In this document: one piece after another, positions 53,452-64,000 of the stretch
Numbering within the stretch: the first letter of the stretch is position 1
How the letters are laid out: every line of letters begins with the position of its first letter
NCBI GenBank assembly: GCA_951406725.2
Contig: OX597825.1
Coordinates: forward strand, 85,374,001 to 85,438,000
Direction of reading: 5' to 3'
Source of the DNA: Octopus vulgaris
Lineage: Eukaryota
DNA: 64,000 nucleotides
The notes under the pieces: generated by a model
What the model saw: the letters and a program-made list of their open reading frames with translations, nothing else
Told to the model about the DNA's origin: nothing
Database searches by the model: none
Program-made: the position numbers and the translations under genes

Positions 53452-53728
53452 TCATATATGCTTCACTATTATTATCATATTGCACATTCATTTGCAGATT
53501 AATTATGGTTCCAAAGAAACCAATTTGGTCTTTGATAATCACCAATTCTTCGGTTTACGGCTTCGTCTGTACTATTATATTTGCATAAGAACAATTCGGA
53601 AGAGAAATGTTTAAATTCTATGATATGGCGATAAATATAGCAAAAATTGCTAACTTTAACCGTATTATTCTCTTTCATATTGCATCGGGCATCTCATGTG
53701 TGAGAGAGTACAACTGACCGCCTCAGAA

Positions 53729-53788
<60 letters not shown>

Positions 53789-54877
53789 TTGTTGTTGATG
53801 ATGCTGCTGCTGCTGTTGTTTAGGCAATGATCTGGCAGAATCCTGACCGGTGTTTCGTCTGAGTTCAAATTCTGCCGAGTTCGACTTTGCCTTTTATCCT
53901 TTCGGTGGTCGATAAAACAAGTGCCAGTAGGGAGGGCCCTGAAGTCGATTACATCGACCAGCCCCTCCCCTTAAATGCCTGGCCTTGTGTTAATATCGAC
54001 TATAATAAAAGTAGACGCAAGATGAAAGACACCGCAGCCATGGCCTTTCAGTTACTTTTTACTGACGGCCCCCTAAGACTTCATTATTCGATGTGACCTT
54101 CCTTTTCTTTTTATAAGACAGCAGCTTATGATTTGAGGTAGATTTAGCTGCTATTATTGGCACAGAGAGATTTCCCTTTAAGATCTCGCTTATAATATCA
54201 TTGGTAGGTCATCGATCTTGTCGTTTTCCTTATCGATTTGATTTACAAATTGATTTCTGCCTTAGCTACAACGCAACTTAATTTTTAAATGAAGAAATGA
54301 GAATGGGTGGCATTCATGCCTTTTTCCCAACAAAATTATTGATGAAGATTGAGTAAATTGGTGTCAGACAGGTATCAAAAACTGGTTCACAGCCTGAGTT
54401 CTTCAGAAAATTTTTGATGAAGCTTGATACCAAAAGCTGCTTCCAGATACCCAAAACTGGTTCACAACCTGAGTTCTTCGGAAAAATGACCATACATTTA
54501 CGAAGGTGCATAGAGCGATGGGTTGGTAGAATGGTAGAATGGTAGAACGTAGGAATAAATGTTTTGCAGGATTTGTAAGGTTTAAGTTCTACTCTTGCCA
54601 AGACCAACTTCGACTTCCGGAATCGATAAAATAAATTCCCGATCAAATTGTTGCGGATTGGGTATCGATATAATCGATCGTTTCTTTCCTCCCACCCCCA
54701 ACCTCACCAACTGTCCTTTGTCTCTAAAAACCATTTATATAGGTGAGGCCGCGGAGTTACGAAGCTTGCGTCTCAAGTCAATGGTTCGATCCTAAAACAC
54801 GGCACTTTGGTAAAATATGTTTTACTACTTTCTTGGTTTAAGCAAAAAAACTGGACTCAACGTTTCTCTCTCTCTCC

Positions 54878-54913
<36 letters not shown>

Positions 54914-55415
54914 TCCCTCTTTCTCTCTCTTCCATTTATGGAAACATGGAATGGTCATCGATCAAAGGTTTACTCGATCAGGACTGACCTGGGATTAGAC
55001 AACAACTAAAACAATAACAATTGCAATGACTTGGTTCACGGCTGCTGCTGCTGCTGCTGCTGCTGCCACCATCACCCTATTAAGAATGGCAGACATCGAG
55101 GTATTTAGTTCCGTTCAATGTTTCGTTTCTGGGTCGATAAAGTAAGAACCGGCCAAGTACTGCGTTCGAGTTAATTCCCCACCCCTGCTACCACCATCCC
55201 GATATCTGCTGGACTTGCGCCAACGTTACAAATTATTACCACCACCACCACCACCACCATGATCACCATCACCATCATCACCGCCACCATCATCATTTTC
55301 ATCATCATCATCATCATCATCATATTTCATCATCATCATTATCATCTCCACCATCACCATCATCACCACCACCTCCATCACCACCATCACCATCATCATC
55401 ATCACCACCACCACC

Positions 55416-55450
<35 letters not shown>

Positions 55451-55557
55451 TATCACCATAACTACTATTACCACCACTATTACTATTGCTATAACAAACG
55501 CTACTACTATTACAGCCTTTACTATCACTACTATTATTATCTCCACAACTACTACTT

Positions 55558-55595
<38 letters not shown>

Positions 55596-56045
55596 GCTAC
55601 TACTACTACTAACAGCGATGAACATCGATAGCGCGCCCCCACCCCGCCACGTCATCATCCAGTGTCGTCTTGAAATAAACTGGTTTCTATTTTCGAAGTA
55701 ATTTATAAAATTGGCATTTAACATCTTTAGTCTGTTGGGTGGATTAAAGACTGTTGATTGATTGGATTAAAGATTGTTGATTGATTGAGCTTCAACTGCT
55801 TAAATGCCTTCCATACACACACACAAACACATAAACAGAGAGGTAGGTACCCACACACGCACACAGACACATATACATGCACACACATGCACAAGTACGC
55901 ACACACACACACACGTAAACACACACAGATATGCATACGTACTAATATGCACAAGCATGTGTGAGCATGTGTTTATATATATATAGTATTTATATTTATA
56001 TATATATATACAGATACATATACACAACAACATATACATATATAA

Positions 56046-56082
<37 letters not shown>

Positions 56083-56364
56083 CACACATATACACACATA
56101 TACACACATATAAAAATGTATATATATATGTATATATGTATGTATATATGTATGTATATATGTGTATATATACATATACATATATATCTGTATACATATA
56201 TATACACACACATATATATGTATGTATATATAGGTATATATACATATACATATACATATATGTATATATATGTGTGTATATATATATACATATGTATAAT
56301 ATATATATAGGTATACATATTTATATATATATATAGATACATATACATATACATGTGTATATAT

Positions 56365-56402
<38 letters not shown>

Positions 56403-56447
56403 CACGTACATATATATATATGATATATATATTATATATATATACAT

Positions 56448-56512
<65 letters not shown>

Positions 56513-56572
56513 CATATATATATATATATATATATATACATACATGTATGTATATGCACATGCATTCATACA

Positions 56573-56604
<32 letters not shown>

Positions 56605-56979
56605 GTGTGCGTGCGTGGGTGTGTGTCCCTGTATGAATAAATAGGTAATTATGCCCGTCTCCACGCAGCTCCTCCTCCTCCCACGCACTGCAAAACACAG
56701 AGTTCACTTCAGTGATTGAACTGATTAACAACATCTCAACAAACCTCTATTAATTAGAAATTAACTTCATTTCATACTCCTACGACCCTTCCTCTCACAC
56801 CTGCAGCAACTCTACATCTCCTCTTCCTGCTCCTCCTCGTCATCATCATCATCATCGTCGTCATCAATACCACCGCCATCATCATCGTTGTCATCATCAT
56901 CTTCCTACTGCATATAGCTTTTGTCCCACTCTTTCCTTTATCACCGCCCTCGCAGTCATTTTGTGTACAATCTTCGTAC

Positions 56980-57009
<30 letters not shown>

Positions 57010-57059
<50 letters not shown>

Positions 57060-57070
57060 TTAATAATAAT

Positions 57071-57146
<76 letters not shown>

Positions 57147-57178
57147 TTAATAATAATATTAATAATAATAATAATAAT

Positions 57179-57239
<61 letters not shown>

Positions 57240-57260
57240 TTTATAATCATAATAATATTA
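57010..57260. repeat. (AAT)n microsatellite; another at 62293-62458, plus many (TA)n, (CA)n, (GA)n, (GATA)n, (CATA)n and (GAA)n tracts window-wide
   Basis: Directly visible. Confidence 0.95.
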
Positions 57261-57400
57261 TGAGGGAATATTATTCCAAACTTACAGGGAAAAATTCAAT
57301 TTCGGTATACTAAATCAATTTTCACACAATATAATATATTTATAATATATTAATGAAAAATTAAATTATACTATTTAGAAAAATTACATATTATAGAAAG

Positions 57401-57489
<89 letters not shown>

Positions 57490-57514
57490 CTATTTATATA
57501 TATATGTATATATG

Positions 57515-57572
<58 letters not shown>

Positions 57573-57709
57573 TACACATACATACACTACGTCCATGTTG
57601 TTTGACATACACACACATACACAGATATATAGATACATACAAGCGCCAAACTGGACCGTTGAACTCTACGCCTTTCTTTATTGCATACTCTATTTATTTC
57701 CTTTTATAC

Positions 57710-57745
57710 CTTTCTGCTGAAGAGCGTAAGCTCGAAACGTAAACG
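57710..57745 (+). ncRNA. Minimal hammerhead motif, A6C variant
   Basis: cuUU-CUGCUGA-A-GAGC-GUAA-GCUC-GAAA-CG-UA-AAcg; GNRA-capped helix II, palindromic ACGU; helix I weak in this copy. Confidence 0.55.
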
Positions 57746-57956
57746 TCTTTTCCATTTTCCTCAAGTGTCAAACAAATACACTTACTTGTTGTTCACACAC
57801 CTGTCCTCGTCTTTTGTTTTTTTTATAAATTTCAACTATACACACACACACAGACACGCACACACATACACACACATATACATACATGTATGTATGCATA
57901 TGTGTGTATGTGTGTGCATATATACACACACATACACACACACGTGTGTGTGTATA

Positions 57957-58010
<54 letters not shown>

Positions 58011-60184
58011 CATAGACGCAGGAGTGGCTGTGTGCTGTAAGTACCTTACTTACCAACCACATGGTTCCCGGTTCAGTCTCATTACGTGAAACCTTGGGCA
58101 AGTGTCTTCTACTATAGCCACGGACCAAAGCCTTGGGCAAGTGTCTTCTACTATAGCCACGGACCAAAGCCTTGTGAGTGGATTTGTTGGCAGAAACTGA
58201 AAGAAGTCTGTCGTATTTGTGTGTGTGTGTGTGTGTGTACATGTAAAATTTCTTTGTTGATACGTAGGAAATATATGCTTTGCTGAAACAACGGTATCCA
58301 CGTTGTAATAATACGGTTTCACATTTTGACCGATGGTCAGCGGTTTTTGCGGTGTTTGCCTTTTTTTGCGGGTTGGGGTAAGTGTCGCCTGCCTCGGTGC
58401 CAGTACTTGGTTGCTATTTATTTCATCCATCCCAAAAAGATGCAAAAGCAAAGTCCACCTTGGCAGAATTTGAGCTGAGAATTCAAACACGGACGAAATG
58501 CTGCTAAGCATTTTATCCGGCATGTTCTTGACTGGTACTTGATCTTTTCGAACCTGGAGTGATGGAAAGCAAAGTTTACCTTGGCGGGGTTGGACCTGAA
58601 ATTGTAAAGAGCTGCAACAAACATCACAACGCATATTTCCTGACGCTCTACCGAGTCTGCCAGCCGACCGTCCTTTTATTTAATTTCAATAATAACATTG
58701 GGTCTTCATTGTTTTGTCATTATTGCTGTTGTTGTTTAACCCCAGGTCGGCCCTAAAGGAGTCGAGCAGGCCTATGATCCCAGGCACTCCTGCAGTGACT
58801 CTCCTGCCTTATTATGTATATGAACGTAGGACAACATTATACGATGTACTCTGCCTTGTTTTCAAAGTCGGTAAAGTAGGATTAGAGGGAGATTTGGTTT
58901 CTTTTTCTAGCGGGTCGAACAGCCAGATGGAGACCCACTTGTTTGATCATGACATTTCTGTTGCTGTTTAACCCCAGGTCAGTCTTAAAGCGACAGAGTC
59001 ATTCCATCCATGACTCTCCCGGCTTTTTCGAAGCATAACATACCCTGATTACATAATCAAATATGTTTTCTACCGCCCAAAGACTGTAAAACATGTCATC
59101 TCAGGATTTAGCTGTTATTTCTAGCAATATGAGCGAGTGCATAGCGTCTCTTTTATCAAGTGCAGAGATCGAATGTCGTAACGCAAAAAATAAAAAACCC
59201 CAATTAATTGTCATACTCCATAACATTAAGACGAAAGAGAAAACAAAAATTTAAATCTCTAAACTACCCACATTCACCTCACCCATTCTTTTCAAGTTTC
59301 AACGAGGCACTTACTACCTGTAAACTGTCTCTATTGTGAAGGAGTGGCGAGGAGGGGGCGGAATTAACGGTGAGAATGGAAAATTGCTTAAGTAGAGAAT
59401 ATGTGTGTAGGAATGTATGTATACATACATTCATACATATACATGTATATATGTATGTATGTATGTATCTATGTATGTATATATATATATATATATATAT
59501 ATTAATATACTTACATATATACATACAAAAAATTATATATATGAATGTATGTATGTATGTATGCATATCTATAGTGTATATGCGTATAGGTATATATGTG
59601 TATGTAAATTTATATATATATGTGTGTGTATGTGTGTGTATGTGTGTGTGTATGAATGAATGAATATGTCTGTGTGTGTATTCGTATGTGTATATATATA
59701 AATGTGTGTGTGAGTATATGTGTATACGTAGCTGTGTGTATGTAGCTGTGTGTATGCATATATATGTATGTATATGTGTGCGTGTGCACACATGTATGTA
59801 TGTATGTATGTATGTATGTTTGTATATGCGTGTATGTGTGTGTGTGCCAGTGTGTAGGCGTATCTGAATATGGAAAAGCGAAATAAATTGCTACATGGCA
59901 TGATAATGGAATATGAAGCGTAATTCCTTATTAATTCTCAGAATTGTTCCTCGTTTCTCTTTCCATTCTTAACAAGCCACATCATTGTAATGGCTTTTAA
60001 CCACATTTTAGTTCATCATTTAAATTCCTCACTTTACTCTCTGCCATTAATACCGCCCCCAGATTGAGAAAATTAAGGTACCACAAACCATGCCCTCCTA
60101 CCCATTTTGAAACACGTAAGAATTCTTTGAAGAACATTCCAGGAAATTGAAAAATTTTCTTCAATTTCATTCATGTACATATAT

Positions 60185-60237
<53 letters not shown>

Positions 60238-60944
60238 TTGGAGAATTCATACATGTTAGCATGATTTATTGCTCGGGAATATTAACAGAGATTTTATAGA
60301 GAAATAAAATGCTTTTCGCTTATTTTCTCCTCCCCGCCGCCTTTTTATCATATTTTCAACATTAATTCGTAGATATTTCGCAAATTTTGATAAATAAATG
60401 AACAGACGAATAAAATATTCTTTGAAACTCATCTGATGTAGTTGGCTTGATTGTGTTGTTGGTTACAATTTTTAATTAATATCTTGAAAGATATAATTTT
60501 AAATAAACAAAAAACAACAACAAATATTTAAGAAAAAAAAACGCAACAACAAAGCCGCAGAGGAATCCTTACAATTAATAATAAAAAAAAGTAATTTATT
60601 TCAAATTCGTATAAATCACTGTCTAAATTAATTAAGATTATTTTTTTTTTCGTTATGAAAAGAAAACCAAAATCATATTTTTAGATTGTATCGAGGTTAA
60701 GAACTCACGAGAGAGGAGACGCTTTTTTTTCTTCTGATATTAAAATTCTTTCTCAGAATATTTCCAAATAGGAAGGAATCTTCTTGAGATGAAAAAATAC
60801 TAAGAAAATTAGCGAATCTTAATCGACGTCCACCCACCTAGCAACGAATCTGTTTATCAAATATCACTGGCCATCATCGGCTACAAGTTAAAAATTTGGT
60901 AACATACGCACACGTTTAAGCACATTTGCATACGAGCATAGCAC

Positions 60945-60996
<52 letters not shown>

Positions 60997-61377
60997 TAAT
61001 AAATAAAATATATATGCATACATACAATCATATACGTACGTACCTACATCTACATGTATATATACATGCATATATAAATATATTTACGTGAGTACAGGAC
61101 ACCACAACTAGACGTAGAACTCAACGAGAAACGAATACATACACACACACACACATATATATATATATACACAAATAAGTGTATATGTATTCAGAAACTC
61201 ATATATATGTATGTATGTATATACCATTTGTTCCCTGCACACACATTGCCATTGTGGAAATTCGAATCCTCTGCAGAGGGTGTCCATACTGCATTTGAAT
61301 GCAAATCTGCATCGGTTCATCAAGGGAACACTTTATTACGTTATATTAACCCAGATCATATACATAAGTGCATGGTG

Positions 61378-61408
<31 letters not shown>

Positions 61409-61789
61409 GTGTGCATGTCTGTGTGCGCGCGTGCGCGTGTGTGGTGGAAGGAAAATATCCAAAAAAGGAAAAGTGACAACACAAACAGAACAATTTAATT
61501 TTACGAGCGGAAGAACATAGGAGATTAAATTCAATGTTTTGGTGATGACTCCAAAACTGGAAAGACGTATCTCAGCATGAGTGAAGATTCGATGCTGGCG
61601 AAGATATGGACTACAAACTGCTTTCTCAGAATGCTGTTTTACTTTAAGATAAATGTTCAAAGACCGAAACGTCATATAAATTTATCGCTGTTATTTATTC
61701 AGTGCGTAGTGAATTTGTTTCTGTTTTTTTTTTTCAGTTCTAAAATCTTTTTGAATCCTCATCAAACACGACACAGATAATTCCACTGG

Positions 61790-62160
61790 TTTCATCCGGA
61801 TTCACTTTATTTTCTTCCAAAATATGTTCTTGTGTATATAATCTATTCAATGCGGCGTCTTCTACTAGAGTAGTAATGGAAGGGATTAGCAAGAAACGAA
61901 GTAGCGCTGGATACGCCTCGTCATTAGAAAATGCATTTCATTTCATCTTCCGATGAGGTCTTAACCAAAGACCTAAGACCTGTGAATATTTGAAGGAGAG
62001 AAAATTGCAAAGAATGTGGGCGGTTGAGGTCAATATAATTTTTTGAGTCTCATACATTGTTGGTTTCCAAAGAATCTGGTCAAAAAATTTGTCACTACTT
62101 TTCCTGATCATTTCCAGTGCACCTGTAACAAGGATGGTTTTGGTTTTTAATTGTCACGTC
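61790..62160 (-). mobile_element. Highly degenerate mariner-like transposase remnant
   Basis: Frameshifted resemblance to the PHPPYSPDLAPSDYH region; weak. Confidence 0.3.
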
Positions 62161-62291
62161 CTAGATGTCTAAATCTCCTTTATTATTCGTATACACACAA
62201 CAGGTTAGACTGTTGGAAAATATTATTATGAGGCCATTAGCCATTGTTGGGTCAGGGCTTTGTCGATATCTGCATTATTCGCTCTCTTTGG

Positions 62292-62458
<167 letters not shown>

Positions 62459-62707
62459 CATTGTTGTTGTCATTGTTGTCATTGTTGTTGTTGTTGTTGA
62501 TGATATCTCTTAAATATTTTCATCACAGAAAAAGATGAAAATAAATTCTAATCACTCCCGCCCCTCCCCACCCCCACCTCATTTAGGACCAAACTCCTGG
62601 CTTTTGTTCTCTGACCCCTAAACTGCCTTATCTCGAAACTTCAATGAAAACAACAATGATACTTATTTCTACAGAGCTTATTAGCTTTACAATTAAACGT
62701 TTAATCT

Positions 62708-62750
<43 letters not shown>

Positions 62751-64000
62751 ATACACACATACACACATATATATAAATGTATTATGTATTTATGTATTCA
62801 TATATATATTTAACAGATATGTGTATGTGTATGAGTGTGTGTGTGTATGTATGTATGCATGCATGTATGTATGTATGTATGTATGTATGTATGTATGTAT
62901 GTATGTATGTATGTATGTTTGTGGGTGGGTGTGGATATAGACACTGATATACACTGATATGATCACACTCCCCAAAAATACGCATACACACATACATATA
63001 AACACATACACTCACACACATACTTATATACACACGCACTCACATACACCCACACATACAGTATCCTAGAGTTGAGGTTGTAATTAATATCCGTCTACTG
63101 AAGCCGCTATTGTCGAACATTAATTAAAAACCTCTACAAATGAAATCCATTCTTTCGTATCTATTCTGTCTATTTAACCACCGTTACCAGCTTCAGTAGA
63201 CTTAATTGTTCGCCAACATTTTGAAGGCATCTCTTTATTTTGTGCATAATTCGCTATTTTGGGAAGCACCGCATTATTCCTTCAGCCCAGTTCTTCATAA
63301 TCTCTCGAACTCGACAAGGTAGAGCAGTTGATATCGCTGACTCATTCCGTGTTGAATATATAAAACCGAACGAAACAGTCGGCGATGCTTGGCACAATTA
63401 GTAAATTTGCGCTTTTGATTTCACGGATGTCATCAAAACAAAATATGAATCAGTTGGCGATTACTACGACTGCGTTAATCAGCTATGATTTATATACTAG
63501 CATATTACCTGTCACATTGGGAGTAAATTTGGAAATATACTTTTCCTGCCACGGATAATATCAGGAAATAAGACATAAATACAATAATTATAATAAAACA
63601 TTTATCAAATTTTATGTTGTTTATACAGAATTATGAAATGAATACTAATTTTCGAAAGAAAATCTTTATCATCTCGAAATCAAATCAAATATATTTAATA
63701 TCTTATTTGCATATTTGCAAACTTCATGTTTTATTGTGTTTCTAAATGTTATCCTTTATAATTGTGGTCTCCTCGGTCGAAAATCTATCTCTGCAAAATT
63801 TAAAACCCTCACGTAACACCTCTGTCATTTTCTCTTCCTCATCTGCTGCCTCTATGATATTTTCCCTCACAATGTGTGTACTCTTCCTTAATACAACACG
63901 CCTAATAAGTGCGTGCAGCTTGTACTTCTTATGTTAACTCCCCCCACTCTCTCTCTCTCTCTCTCTTTTTATCTCCCTTTTAGTCTCTTACTCCCTCTCT

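Noticed and set aside
58092-58169. 39-bp tandem duplication; also 18-bp units at 12470-12514 and 20490-20590, ~73-bp units at 54340-54485, ~150-bp units at 32880-33180
   Set aside because: Local slippage duplications without unique spacers; not CRISPR-like.

Overview
Repeat-saturated animal genomic DNA. The SINE families and extreme (TA)n/(CA)n/(ATT)n density suggest a coleoid cephalopod, probably Octopus (inferred, not database-checked). Almost all ORFs in the supplied track are microsatellite artefacts. One intact gene is present: a 7-exon cyclophilin H (PPIH) on the minus strand (CDS 34097..16663, 175 aa, all introns GT-AG and in phase). The rest is SINEs, LINE remnants (CR1-like, RTE, R4/Dong), DNA transposon derivatives (piggyBac, hAT, Tc1/mariner, Helentron-type, two MITEs with 6-bp TSDs) and simple repeats. 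The most notable signal is a set of short Penelope-like (PLE) pLTR-type elements from several unrelated families. They carry minimal type I hammerhead ribozyme (HHR) motifs with palindromic helix III, including compensated core variants (U3-A8, G3-C8) and A6 variants. They recur as fold-back insertions whose two arms read outward, often abutting (TA)n, with the fold often at the ribozyme. The largest is a ~1.1-kb palindrome with one complete HHR per arm.
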